Positions 28,133-38,275 are shown, numbered from the stretch's first letter. The stretch: DNA of 64,000 nucleotides from Thermoplasmata archaeon (GCA_050013595.1 JBEKEY010000001.1:10044-74043); one strand, 5' to 3'. Notes: generated by a model from the letters alone, not told the origin. Program-made: numbers and translations.

Positions 28133-29626
28133 CTAGGCCGGGTCGCCGTAGACGGTATAGTGCCAGCTCTTTCGGGCCTGCCCCGTCAGGTCGATGTAGA
28201 TGTTCTTCACGGTGGTGTAGTCGTAGAGCGAGTCGGTCCCCAGGTCCTTGCCGAACCCGGACTGCTTGATCCCGCCGTGCGGCGTCTCGGACCCGAGCGG
28301 GAGGTGGTCGTTGATCCAGACGTCCCCGAAACGGAGCGCGTGGGCCGCCTTGATCGCCGTTCGAAGGTCCTTCGTCCAGACGCTGCCGGCGAGGCCGTAG
28401 GCCACGCCGTTCGCGATCTCGACCGCCTCGTCGAACGTCGTGAATTCGAGGACGTCAAGGACCGGTCCGAAGATCTCCTGTTGGGCGATCGTCATGTCGG
28501 GCGCGACCGAATCGAAGACCGTCGGGACGACGAACGCCCCTTTCGGATGCTTCTTCTTGTCGTCCGTGCCGCCGATCTTGAGCTTCGCGCCCTCGTCCTT
28601 TCCCTTCTCGACGAACTCGAGCACGCGCTTCTGCTGAACGAGACTCACGAGAGGTCCGAGGTCGGTGGTCCGGGAGAGCGGGTCCCCGATCCGGATCGTG
28701 CGAACTCGTTCGAGGAGGTGCTGGACGAACTTGGCGCGAACATCCTGGTGAACGATCAAGCGCGTAGCAGCGGTGCAGTCCTGCCCTCCGTTCACGAAGC
28801 CCGCCACGATCGCGCCTTCCACCGCGGCGGCGATATCGGCGTCCTTGAACACCACGAACGGGGCCTTGCCGCCGAGCTCGAGCTGGACCCGCTTCACGGT
28901 GGCGCTCGCGGCCTCCATGATCTTCCTCCCGGTCGCGGTATCGCCCGTGAGCGAGACCAGGTCGACCTTCGGGTTGCGGGAAAGCTCGTCCCCGACCTCA
29001 CCGCCCGGGCCGGTGACGACGTTGAGGGCTCCGGCCGGGAGTCCCGCATCCTGGAACGCCCGACCGAGCTCGAGCGTTGTGAGGGGGGTATAGCTCGCGG
29101 GCTTGAGGACCACCGTGTTCCCGACGATCAGTGCCGGGGCGATCTTCCAGACCGCCATCATGAACGGGTAGTTCCACGGCGTGATGGACGCGACGACACC
29201 CACCGGTTCCCGGCGGAAGATCGTGGTTCCGTCGCCCGTGAACTCGCCCGGGCTCTTCGCCTCGAGCGTGCGTCCGGCCCCGGCGTAGAAGACCAGGTTG
29301 TCGATCGAGAACGGGAGGTCGGCGTCCGCGGCCTGCTTGATCGTCTTTCCCTGGTTGCGGCTCTCGAGCTCGGCGATCTCTCCCAAGCGCTGCTGGAGGA
29401 GGGTGGCCGCCTTCAGGAAGACTTCCGATCGCGCGCGGGGAGGCAATCGGGGCCAAGGACCCTTATCGAACGCCTCCCGGGCGGCATCGATCGCTCGCCG
29501 GACGTCCTCGCGGGCCCCGAGCGGGACGGTGCCGAGCGACGAGCGGTCGAACGGGCTCGTGACCGCGGCCGTCGCTCCGCTCGACGCCTCGACCCACTCT
29601 CCACCGATCAACATCGTTCGGTCCAT
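28133..29626 (-). CDS. NAD(P)-dependent aldehyde dehydrogenase
   Basis: ALDH family. Start assigned to ATG 29626 (MDRTMLIGGEW). Catalytic context GQDCTAATRLIV. Confidence 0.85.
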   Translation of the reverse strand: MDRTMLIGGEWVEASSGATAAVTSPFDRSSLGTVPLGAREDVRRAIDAAREAFDKGPWPRLPPRARSEVFLKAATLLQQRLGEIAELESRNQGKTIKQAADADLPFSIDNLVFYAGAGRTLEAKSPGEFTGDGTTIFRREPVGVVASITPWNYPFMMAVWKIAPALIVGNTVVLKPASYTPLTTLELGRAFQDAGLPAGALNVVTGPGGEVGDELSRNPKVDLVSLTGDTATGRKIMEAASATVKRVQLELGGKAPFVVFKDADIAAAVEGAIVAGFVNGGQDCTAATRLIVHQDVRAKFVQHLLERVRTIRIGDPLSRTTDLGPLVSLVQQKRVLEFVEKGKDEGAKLKIGGTDDKKKHPKGAFVVPTVFDSVAPDMTIAQQEIFGPVLDVLEFTTFDEAVEIANGVAYGLAGSVWTKDLRTAIKAAHALRFGDVWINDHLPLGSETPHGGIKQSGFGKDLGTDSLYDYTTVKNIYIDLTGQARKSWHYTVYGDPA

Positions 29627-29766
29627 GGTCTTGACCCGCGGGGCGGAGTCCGGCCCTGATAAAGAGGGTGCGGGCGGGGGCCCGCTCGGGCCGGTTTCGA
29701 CCCCCCATGGCATACCTTATCAAGGGGGGAGCGGGTTCGGCGCCCGGTCGTTCTGAGGTCTCCTCC

Positions 29767-31671
29767 ATGAAACCGCGCACTCGGAACATAATGGTGATCG
29801 CCATCGTCGTAGTGATCGTGGCGGCCGGCATCGGAGCGTACTTCGCGCTTCGTAACACGTCGACGTCCAGCTGCGGGTCGAGCCAGACCGCGAACATCTG
29901 TATCGACCAGGCCGAGATCCCCGATTCCCTCGACCCGGCCGTGACGTTCTCGACGCCCGGATGGGCCGCGGTGCAGCAGGTCTACCAGGGGCTCGTGAAC
30001 TACAACGGTTCGAGCGTGACGAGCTTCTCAGGGGTGCTCGCCTCCAACTGGGTCGTCTCGAACAACCCGGACACGAACTTCTCGACCTATACCTTCCAAC
30101 TCCACCAGGGGGTCACCTTCTCGAACGGCGACCCGTACAACGCGTACGTCCAATGGTACAGCCTGTACCGGAGTCTCCTCCTCGTCCAGGGGCCCCAGTT
30201 CATCCTGGAGCAGAACTTCTACTCCACCAACTTCGACCCCTCGAACCCGCTCAACTACTACTCGCCGGCCGCGAACGCTACCGCCGCCAACACGACGCTC
30301 GTCAACGACCTCAACACGTGGAACTTCGCTACCCCGACCTCGACGCAACTCGCCCTGATGGAGCTTCCCGACCAGTCGTTCCAGGTGATCAATCAGTACT
30401 CGATCGCTCTGAACCTTGGATTCGGCTACCTGGCAAGCAACTACACGTACCTGCTCGCGTCCATCTCCGCTCCGAACTCCTACGCGGTCGACCCGATCTG
30501 GGTCGACGCGAACGGCGGAGTCTCGTTCGGGAACGTCAACGATTACCTCGCGTCGAACACGCTTGGCACCGGGCCGTACACGCTCGCGGGCTACAACGGG
30601 GTCGGCGGCGGCGGCTACACTCTGAAACCTGCCTCGAACTACTGGGGAGCGGCCGCTTTCGCTACCGAACCCTGGAACAACAACCTGCAGCCCGCGAACA
30701 CGTCGATCGAGGTCATCTTCCAGGATACGATCGACGTCACGACCAACGACCTGCTGCAGGGAAAAGTGGCGAGCGCCTCGTTCGCGTACATCGGCCCTTC
30801 CACGATCCAGCAGCTCGAGGGCCACTCGAGCCTCGTCGTTCAGCCCCTCCCGACCATCTACGGTGCGACGAGCGGCTCCTGGTGGATCTTCCTGAACTCG
30901 GCCGTGTACCCGTTCAACAACCTCTCGGTCCGTGAGGCGATCTCGCACGCGATCAACTACAATCAGATCATCCAGGAAGCGTTCGGCGGCTACGCGACCC
31001 AGTGGGTCGGTCCGGTGCCCCCCGCGTATCCGTACAACAACAACCTGACCGCGAACGAGCCGTACTACAACTACGACCCCACGCTGGCCCAGCAGGAGAT
31101 CCAACAATCGCCGTGCAAGAACGCCGCGTGCAAGGGTACTACGATCAATTACATGTACCTCAACTCGGGCGCCGATTGGGAGGATACCGCGTCACTGTTG
31201 CAATCTCAGCTCGCAGCGATCAACATCACGATCAACCCGGTCGGAGTGAGCCTCAACCAGCTCTACGAGGAACAGGGCCTCGATAATGGGGTCTGCGTTT
31301 CCACGACGAACGCGAACGGTGGACCGTTCTCCATGGGCCAGGAGTTCTACACGTCCGACTACATCTCACCCGACGACTGGACGCAGAACGACGCCTACAG
31401 TGGCGGCAGCGCGAACGCCTGCATGGCCGGCTACACCAACGCCACCGTCGACAACGATACGTACCTCGCCGCGAGCGACTCGAATCCGGCGGACCTGACG
31501 GCCTACTACACGCAGATGACGCAGCTCATGTACGACAACTACACCGACATCTGGCTGGTCGTCCCGACATCGTTCGCGGTGACGGCCACGGACCTCCACG
31601 GGATCGTCTCGAACCCGATGGGCAGCGCCGAGCCGTTCGTGATCGGGCTCCAGACACAGTATCTGAGCTAG
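29767..31671 (+). CDS. ABC transporter substrate-binding protein, family 5 (peptide/opine/nickel type), N-glycosylated
   Basis: ATG 29767 (MKPRTRNIMVIAIVVV) followed by a signal anchor. SBP_bac_5-like sequence with many N-x-S/T sequons. Confidence 0.85.
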   Translation: MKPRTRNIMVIAIVVVIVAAGIGAYFALRNTSTSSCGSSQTANICIDQAEIPDSLDPAVTFSTPGWAAVQQVYQGLVNYNGSSVTSFSGVLASNWVVSNNPDTNFSTYTFQLHQGVTFSNGDPYNAYVQWYSLYRSLLLVQGPQFILEQNFYSTNFDPSNPLNYYSPAANATAANTTLVNDLNTWNFATPTSTQLALMELPDQSFQVINQYSIALNLGFGYLASNYTYLLASISAPNSYAVDPIWVDANGGVSFGNVNDYLASNTLGTGPYTLAGYNGVGGGGYTLKPASNYWGAAAFATEPWNNNLQPANTSIEVIFQDTIDVTTNDLLQGKVASASFAYIGPSTIQQLEGHSSLVVQPLPTIYGATSGSWWIFLNSAVYPFNNLSVREAISHAINYNQIIQEAFGGYATQWVGPVPPAYPYNNNLTANEPYYNYDPTLAQQEIQQSPCKNAACKGTTINYMYLNSGADWEDTASLLQSQLAAINITINPVGVSLNQLYEEQGLDNGVCVSTTNANGGPFSMGQEFYTSDYISPDDWTQNDAYSGGSANACMAGYTNATVDNDTYLAASDSNPADLTAYYTQMTQLMYDNYTDIWLVVPTSFAVTATDLHGIVSNPMGSAEPFVIGLQTQYLS

Positions 31672-31677
31672 GCCATC

Positions 31678-33087
31678 CTAAGCCGCGGATGTGGGGGGGA
31701 CCGCCGGCGCCTCACCGGGCGACGGGGTATCGCTCGCGAGCAGCGACTCGGGTCGGATATCGGCCACCTCGTCCGCGCGGTGGCACGCGACCAGCCGGTC
31801 CGTCCCCGCCATCGGTAGGAGGGGAGGGTCCTCCACCTTGCAGCGATCGATCACGAACGGGCACCGCGGAGCGAATCGGCAGCCGGGCGGCAGGTCGACG
31901 AGCGACGGGATGTCGCCCCCGATCCGATAACGGGTGTGGCGGCGGCTCGGGTCGGGGACGGGGACGGCGGCGAGCAGCGCCTTCGTGTACGGATGGACGG
32001 GGCGCTCGAGCAGCTCCCGGACCGGCCCGTGCTCCACGATCCGTCCGAGGTACATCACCGCGACCCGGTCGGCGACGAAACGGACGGCCGCGACGTTGTG
32101 GGTAATTAGCACATAGGCGAGCCCGCGGGAGCGCTGAAGTTCCACGAGGCGGTTCAGGATCTGGGCCTGGACAGCCACGTCGAGCGCGCTCGTCGGTTCG
32201 TCGAGCACGATCAGACGTGGGCTCACCGAGAGGGCCCGGGCGAGCGAGAGCCGCTGGCGCCCTCCGCCGGAGAACTCGTGCGGGTACTGGTCGAGACAAT
32301 CGACCGGGAGCCCCACGGTGGGGAGCACCTCCTGGACCTTCTTGCGGACCGCCTCGCGATGGAGAACGGGCGGCTTCGGTCGTTTCGGAACCACGGGCGC
32401 CGGTCCGATGCCCCGCTTCATCGCCGCCCGGTATTCGGTCTGCAGGCGGTCTCGTTCCGGAGCTAGAGGGGCAGCGAGCTGATCGGCCCGTTGAAGCGCA
32501 GCTTGGTAATCATTCTCCAAGCGACGCTGCTCTTCGGGCGGGAGCTTCTCCCGTGCATCCGCTTGAGCACGGTACTCCCGGCGAAGCCGGGCGCGGTCCG
32601 CGGCCTTCGGGTTCATCGCGGCGCGGAATTCCCGGGTCAGGCGCTCGCGTTCCTGGCGGAGCGCGAGCCGGTGCGCACGACGGGCCAATCTCGGTCCGTT
32701 GACCGCGAGCCAGCGGTCCGCCATGTTCTGAGCGCGGATCGGCTCACCGACGATCTGCCAGACGCGCAGGCGGGGGTCGAGCGACCCGACCGGGTCCTGG
32801 AAGACGATCTGCACGTTGCGACGCCACGTCCTCAGCGAGGTACTCCGGAGATGGGTCACGTCGACGCCGTCGAAGACGATCGATCCCGAGGTGGGCTCGT
32901 GGAGCCGGGCGAGCATCCAGCCGAGGGTCGTCTTGCCCGATCCCGACTCGCCGATCAGGCCGAGCGTTTCCCCGGGCCCGACCGTGAGCGAGACCCCGTC
33001 GACGGCATGGATGACCTTCGCCGGCCGTCGCGACAGCTGGTCGGCGAGGCTGCGAGTGATCGGGAAGTGCTTCTGCAGGTCGACCAT
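31678..33087 (-). CDS. ABC transporter ATP-binding protein (DppF/OppF-like) with ~110-aa Arg/Glu-rich insertion
   Basis: Walker A GESGSGKTT, Q-loop VFQDP, signature FSGGGRQR, Walker B LIVLDEP. Start is ATG 33087 (MVDLQKHF). The insertion lies between the Q-loop and the signature. Confidence 0.85.
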   Translation of the reverse strand: MVDLQKHFPITRSLADQLSRRPAKVIHAVDGVSLTVGPGETLGLIGESGSGKTTLGWMLARLHEPTSGSIVFDGVDVTHLRSTSLRTWRRNVQIVFQDPVGSLDPRLRVWQIVGEPIRAQNMADRWLAVNGPRLARRAHRLALRQERERLTREFRAAMNPKAADRARLRREYRAQADAREKLPPEEQRRLENDYQAALQRADQLAAPLAPERDRLQTEYRAAMKRGIGPAPVVPKRPKPPVLHREAVRKKVQEVLPTVGLPVDCLDQYPHEFSGGGRQRLSLARALSVSPRLIVLDEPTSALDVAVQAQILNRLVELQRSRGLAYVLITHNVAAVRFVADRVAVMYLGRIVEHGPVRELLERPVHPYTKALLAAVPVPDPSRRHTRYRIGGDIPSLVDLPPGCRFAPRCPFVIDRCKVEDPPLLPMAGTDRLVACHRADEVADIRPESLLASDTPSPGEAPAVPPTSAA

Positions 33088-33110
33088 CTCGAGGAGGGGG
33101 TGGCTATCGG

Positions 33111-34268
33111 TCACGGGAGTCCGGGCACCTCCTCCGCAAAGTAGCACGCGCTCCGGTGCAGGCCCGGCGCCTCCGGGTCCGCGCTCTTGTCCACGGGGGC
33201 GAGGGGTGGGTGTTCTCCCCGGCACACGTCCCGCACGAGTGGGCAGCGCGGATGGAATCGGCAGCCCGGCGGCGGCCGCGAGAGGTTGGGGACCGAGCCG
33301 GCGATGGAGTCGAGCGGTCCCTCCGACTTGTATCGGGACGGCGCGGCCTTGAGCAGGGCCTTCGTGTAGGGATGGCGGGGCGAGCGGAACACGTCCGCCA
33401 CCGGCCCGTACTCGACGATCCGGCCCGCGTACATGACGCCGATCTCGTCGGCGGTCTCGGCGATCACGCCAAGGTCGTGGCTAATGAACAGGATCGCGGC
33501 ATCGACCTCCTCGATCAGCTCCTTCATCAGGGTGAGGACCTGGGCCTGGATCGTGACGTCGAGCGCGCTCGTCGGTTCGTCGGCGATCAGGAGCGACGGC
33601 TTCTCCGAGAGCGCCATCGCGATCATGATCCGCTGGCGCATCCCCCCCGACAACTCGTGCGGGTAGAGATTGAGAATCGTCTCCGGGTCGTTGATGCGCA
33701 CGAGGCGCAGGTACTCGAGCACTTCGTCCCGGAACTCGGAGCGCGTGCGCAGGCGGTCCCGGGCGGCCTCTTCGACCGCCCCGTCGGGGATGATCGATTT
33801 CGTGAGCGACCCGCCGACCGTGATGGGAGCGGCCGGCTTCGAGTAGTCGAACGGTGCCTCCCCGCCCTGGAACGACCTCACCCAACCCATTTCCCGGTAG
33901 TGGCGGATCCGGATCGACTCCGCGATCTGGTCGAAGACCCGGTAGGCCGGGTTGAGCGAGTTGAGAGGCTCCTGGAAGATCATCCCGATCCCGGTTCCTC
34001 GCACCATCGGTAGTTGCCGCTTCGGCACCTTCACGAGGTCGGTCCCCCGGAAGATGATCTCTCCACCGCCGATCGTCGCAGGGGGCTCCGGTAACAGCCG
34101 AGGGATCGCTTGGGCGAGGGTGCTCTTTCCGCAACCGGTCTCCCCGACGATGCCCACGACCTGACGGGGGAAGATCTTGACCGACACGTCCGAGACCGCA
34201 TAGAACGTCCCGGCACCGACCGTGTACGTGATCGTCAGGTTCCGGACGTCAATGACCGGATCGGTCAC
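33111..34268 (-). CDS. ABC transporter ATP-binding protein (DppD/OppD-like)
   Basis: Walker A GETGCGKST and signature LSGGMRQR. GTG 34268 overlaps the upstream stop (GTGA). Confidence 0.85.
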   Translation of the reverse strand: MTDPVIDVRNLTITYTVGAGTFYAVSDVSVKIFPRQVVGIVGETGCGKSTLAQAIPRLLPEPPATIGGGEIIFRGTDLVKVPKRQLPMVRGTGIGMIFQEPLNSLNPAYRVFDQIAESIRIRHYREMGWVRSFQGGEAPFDYSKPAAPITVGGSLTKSIIPDGAVEEAARDRLRTRSEFRDEVLEYLRLVRINDPETILNLYPHELSGGMRQRIMIAMALSEKPSLLIADEPTSALDVTIQAQVLTLMKELIEEVDAAILFISHDLGVIAETADEIGVMYAGRIVEYGPVADVFRSPRHPYTKALLKAAPSRYKSEGPLDSIAGSVPNLSRPPPGCRFHPRCPLVRDVCRGEHPPLAPVDKSADPEAPGLHRSACYFAEEVPGLP

Positions 34269-35323
34269 GTACGCACCCCCGTGTCGATGACGTTGACCGG
34301 CGCCACGGGGTTGGAATCGGTGACGGCGGTGGCGGCGACCGCCATGGGCGCCGGCGTTTCCGGGGGCGGGTCGTGGGCGATCGTGCTCCGGACGAACGCG
34401 CGGCGCGTGCGGGGGTCCAGGATGTCGCGGAGGCCGTCCCCGAGCAGGCTGAACGCGAGGACCGTGATGAAGATCGCCGCGCCGGGAGCGATGACGAGCC
34501 ACGGGTAGACGTTCGCCGAGCCGGTCTGCTGGTAGAACGCCAGCATCGCGCCCCACTCCGGGTTAGGACCGGGGTACTTGCTCGCGACGCCGATGAACCC
34601 GATCGTGGAGTACGTCACGAGGACGGTCCCGATATCGAGCGTGAAGTAGACGATGGTCGGCTCGAGCACGTTGCGCAGCACGTGACGCAAGAGGATCCGG
34701 TTCTCGGTGACGCCCGCGGCCCGGGCCGCGTTCACGTACGGAAGGTGCTTCACCGCGAGGACCTCCCCGCGGACCAAGCGGACGTAGAACGGCCACCACG
34801 TGATGGTGATCGCGAGCACGGTCGGACCAACGCCGAGGCCGAGGACTCGGGTCAGCGCGAGGGCGAGGATGAGGCTCGGGAAGGAGAGGAAGATGTCCGT
34901 CACCCGCATGATCGAGATCGAGACCGCGCCGCCGATCGTGCCCGGGGTGTTGTAGAACCCCGCGAGAAGACCGAGCGCACCTCCGATGATCAGGGCGCTG
35001 CCCGCAATCGCGAACCCGATCCCGAGGTCGAGCGGGAGCGCCAGCATCACGTTCGAGTAAATGTCCCGCCCCAGGTTGTCCGTTCCGAACGGATGATGCC
35101 ACGTCGGCGACGAGTTCCGGGCCACCGTCTGTTGGAGCGGTCCGTACGGGATGATCAGGCCGGGCGCGACCACGACGACGAGCGCCGTGATGCCGAGGAC
35201 CGCCACCATGAGGAAGCCCAAGAAGGAGAGCGGGTTCGCGCGGAGGACCCGCCAGACCACACTCAGGGACCCTTCCTTCCGGATCACCTTCACGACCGGC
35301 GCCGCCACGACGTTTACCTCCAA
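34265..35323 (-). CDS. ABC transporter permease (DppC-like)
   Basis: Polytopic permease with a BPD_transp_1-type segment. Overlaps both neighbours. Confidence 0.85.
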   Translation of the reverse strand: MEVNVVAAPVVKVIRKEGSLSVVWRVLRANPLSFLGFLMVAVLGITALVVVVAPGLIIPYGPLQQTVARNSSPTWHHPFGTDNLGRDIYSNVMLALPLDLGIGFAIAGSALIIGGALGLLAGFYNTPGTIGGAVSISIMRVTDIFLSFPSLILALALTRVLGLGVGPTVLAITITWWPFYVRLVRGEVLAVKHLPYVNAARAAGVTENRILLRHVLRNVLEPTIVYFTLDIGTVLVTYSTIGFIGVASKYPGPNPEWGAMLAFYQQTGSANVYPWLVIAPGAAIFITVLAFSLLGDGLRDILDPRTRRAFVRSTIAHDPPPETPAPMAVAATAVTDSNPVAPVNVIDTGVRT

Positions 35324-36345
35324 TCCACGCGGGGGTCGAGGAGGCCGTAGAGGATGTCCGCCGCGAGGTTCGCGACGACGACCGCGATCGCGAAGATGAT
35401 CACGACCGCGACCGCCCCGTCAAAGTTCGGGGTCGAGCTGTTGCCGCCGATCGCGGTGAACGCATACTGCCCGATCCCGGGCCAGTCGAACACCTCCTCG
35501 ATGACGACCGTTCCTGCGAGGAGCCCTCCCGCGGTGATGCCGAGCACGGTCGTGGTCGTGATGAGCGCGTTTCGCAGGGCGTGCTTGTACATCACCCAGA
35601 ATTCGGAGAGCCCCTTCATGCGGGCCGATTTCACGTAGTCGAGCGGGAGCACCTCGAGCATCGACGCGCGCGTCATGCGCGTCGCGATGCCCATGTTGAT
35701 GAACGCGAGGACCGTCGCGGGCAGGATCAGGTGCTGGATTGCATCGACCGTGTACGGAAGGTTGAGCGCGATCATCGCGTCCAGCACCGACATGTGCGTG
35801 TACTGGGTGAACGGTGGGATGGTCGTCGAGTACTCCCCGCCGGTCGGAAGGCCCACGGCCGGGCCGACGAACACCGCGGCGATGACCGCGCCGAGGTAGG
35901 TGGGGGTCGCCCATCCGCTGAGATAGAAGATCCGGACGAGGTGGTCACCCAGGCGGCCGCTGTACTGCGCCGCGATGACGCCCATCGGGATCCCGATGAC
36001 GATCATCAGGAACAGCGACGCGAGGACGAGCTCGACCGTGGCGGGAAGGTCGGCGGAAATCGCCGGGTAGACCTGGACCCCGCTCACCGAGGCCCCCCAA
36101 TTGCCCTGGAGAAGGCCCGTGAAGTATTGCCAGAACTGGTTGAGGAGCGGCGCCCCGTACTTCGCGTTGCAATTGGCGAGCGTCTGGGCGCCCGCGTGGG
36201 GATACCACTCGTTGCAAAGCCCGGTCAGTTTGAGATGCGTGACAATGAAGGTGAGGATGATGACACCGAGCAGGACGGGAATGAGCTGGACGAGCCGTTT
36301 CGCGACGAAGACCAAGAGGTCGCTCAGACTGCGGCCCATTCCCAC
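35314..36345 (-). CDS. ABC transporter permease (DppB-like)
   Basis: DppB-like N-terminus (KRLVQLIPVLLGVIILTFI). Confidence 0.85.
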   Translation of the reverse strand: MGMGRSLSDLLVFVAKRLVQLIPVLLGVIILTFIVTHLKLTGLCNEWYPHAGAQTLANCNAKYGAPLLNQFWQYFTGLLQGNWGASVSGVQVYPAISADLPATVELVLASLFLMIVIGIPMGVIAAQYSGRLGDHLVRIFYLSGWATPTYLGAVIAAVFVGPAVGLPTGGEYSTTIPPFTQYTHMSVLDAMIALNLPYTVDAIQHLILPATVLAFINMGIATRMTRASMLEVLPLDYVKSARMKGLSEFWVMYKHALRNALITTTTVLGITAGGLLAGTVVIEEVFDWPGIGQYAFTAIGGNSSTPNFDGAVAVVIIFAIAVVVANLAADILYGLLDPRVDWR

Positions 36346-36443
36346 CTCCTTCGTTGCGGCCGGGCACCGGGCCGGTCCGGCCGACCGCCGCCCATCGACT
36401 TCCCCGTATTAATCCGACCGTTACGGACCCGGGGTGCGACGGA

Positions 36444-38081
36444 TCAGGGCAAATAGTCGCGCGGAAGCGTCCGAAGCTCCTTGAACGTCTCCGTCGCGAT
36501 CGCGACGAACTTCTCGACGTCCTTCTCCGTGTGGGCGCTCGAGAACGTCAGTCGCTCGTAGTTGTCGGGATGGATGTAGACGCCCTTGTCGAGCAGCAGC
36601 TGCTGGTGCCGGAGGTAGAGGTTCCAGTCGATCTGGAGCGATTCGCGGTAGTTCACGATCTTCTTGCGGCGCGTGAAGAAGAACTGGAGCATCCCGTTCA
36701 CCGACTGCACGAGCACCGAGATCTTCGCATCCCGTCCGGCCTCCTCGAGGCCCTTCTGGAGCTTCTCCGTCAGCCTCCCGAACCGCGCGTAGAGCTCCTC
36801 GCCTCCTCGGTGCAGGGTCTTCAGGTTCGCGAGCGTTCCGGCCATCGTCAGGTTGTTCGCGTTGTAGGTGCCGCCGAAGCTGATCCTCCCGGGGGCGATC
36901 ATCTCCATGATCTCCGCCTTCCCCGAGACCGCCGAGACGGGCACGCCGCCCCCGAGCGCCTTCGCCCAGCAGGAGATGTCGGGCTCGACGCCGTAGAGCT
37001 GCTGCGCCCCGCCCGGCGCGACCCGGAAGCCGGTGAACACCTCGTCGAAGATGACGAGCATGTCGTTCTGGTGAGCGACCTCGACCAAGCGCTTCAGGTA
37101 GTCCGGCGCCGGCGGGATGATGCCGGAGTTCGCCATGACCGGCTCCAGGATCACGCACGCCAGGCGCTCGCGGTACCGCCGGACCATCCGCTCGAACGCA
37201 GTGATCGAGTTGTACGGTGCGACCATGACGTAGTCGGTCACGCCCGGCGGGATCCCCGCGGAGTTCGGGAGCGGGCGGGGATACTCATCGAGCCCCGCGA
37301 CGACCGGGGGCGCTTCCGCGCTGATGAGCGCGATGTCGTGCTGCCCATGGTAGTGGCCCTCGAACTTCAGGATCGCGTCCTTACCCGTGACCGCGCGCGC
37401 GATCCGGATCGCGTTCATGGTCGCGTCCGAACCGCTGGTACAGAACGCGACCCGCTCCGCGTTCGGGACCATCTTCTGGAACAGCTTCGCGACCTCGACC
37501 TCGATCTCGCTCGGTGCGGCGAAGTGCAGCCCGAGCTCGGCCTGCTCCTGGATCGCCTTGATTTGGGCTTCGGGCGCGTGACCGTTGATGAGGACCCCGT
37601 ACGCGAGATTGAAGTCGAGGTACTCGTTGTCGTCCTCGTCCCAGATCCGGGCGCCCTTTCCCTTCTTGATGAACGGCGGACAGGGGTCGTAGGACGCCGT
37701 CCGGATGAGCGAACTCGACCCGTTCGGGATGTGCTTCTTCGCTTCCTCGAAGAGTTTCGCGCTCTTCTTGAGCTTGGGAACCAGCCGTGCGATCGGGATG
37801 GGTAGTGGCTGGATCTCCTCCTCGACGGAGGCGGCCGGGGGGGGAGCCTCCTTGGTGGCCGTCTCCTTCGCGACTTCCTTCGGGGAGTCCTTGGGCGACT
37901 CCTTCTTCTTCTCGTCCGAGGGCTCGCCGCCGGACGGGGCCGGGGTCGAGGGAGGAGGGATCGCCGAGCCTTCCGCGTTCAGTCGGGGAGGGAGGGAACG
38001 AACATCCGTCCGGCCGTCCGGTGAGGGGTCCCCCTCACGGGGCGGGATAGGCAACAATGGGGCGGGTTCCAGCTCCGCCAT
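36444..38081 (-). CDS. class-III aminotransferase, GSA-aminomutase-like, with ~110-aa disordered Lys/Pro-rich N-terminal extension
   Basis: HemL-like core begins at SAKLFEEAKKHIPNGSSSL. The extension has high GC3, consistent with being translated, and contains a C8 homopolymer. Confidence 0.8.
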   Translation of the reverse strand: MAELEPAPLLPIPPREGDPSPDGRTDVRSLPPRLNAEGSAIPPPSTPAPSGGEPSDEKKKESPKDSPKEVAKETATKEAPPPAASVEEEIQPLPIPIARLVPKLKKSAKLFEEAKKHIPNGSSSLIRTASYDPCPPFIKKGKGARIWDEDDNEYLDFNLAYGVLINGHAPEAQIKAIQEQAELGLHFAAPSEIEVEVAKLFQKMVPNAERVAFCTSGSDATMNAIRIARAVTGKDAILKFEGHYHGQHDIALISAEAPPVVAGLDEYPRPLPNSAGIPPGVTDYVMVAPYNSITAFERMVRRYRERLACVILEPVMANSGIIPPAPDYLKRLVEVAHQNDMLVIFDEVFTGFRVAPGGAQQLYGVEPDISCWAKALGGGVPVSAVSGKAEIMEMIAPGRISFGGTYNANNLTMAGTLANLKTLHRGGEELYARFGRLTEKLQKGLEEAGRDAKISVLVQSVNGMLQFFFTRRKKIVNYRESLQIDWNLYLRHQQLLLDKGVYIHPDNYERLTFSSAHTEKDVEKFVAIATETFKELRTLPRDYLP

Positions 38082-38275
38082 AAACAGTGCATTCCGGGCG
38101 GTCGGACCACCCCGAGCGGGCTATATATAATTGGCTCAGCTCAAGAATGTGGAATACGACCAATGCGACGCAAAAGAAACAAACCTGTAAGTTATCTTTG
38201 GCGCGCTCAACCTGTGGATTTCGGCTTACGACACGGCAGAAACGACTCGGAAATGGTTAGAAATCGCTTCCCGGG

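Noticed and set aside
24903-29659. Long antisense ORFs 24903-26570, 26784-28136 and 28160-29659, plus 36354-37805
   Set aside because: Each lies opposite an aminotransferase or aldehyde dehydrogenase with unambiguous homology. No domains found, biased composition.
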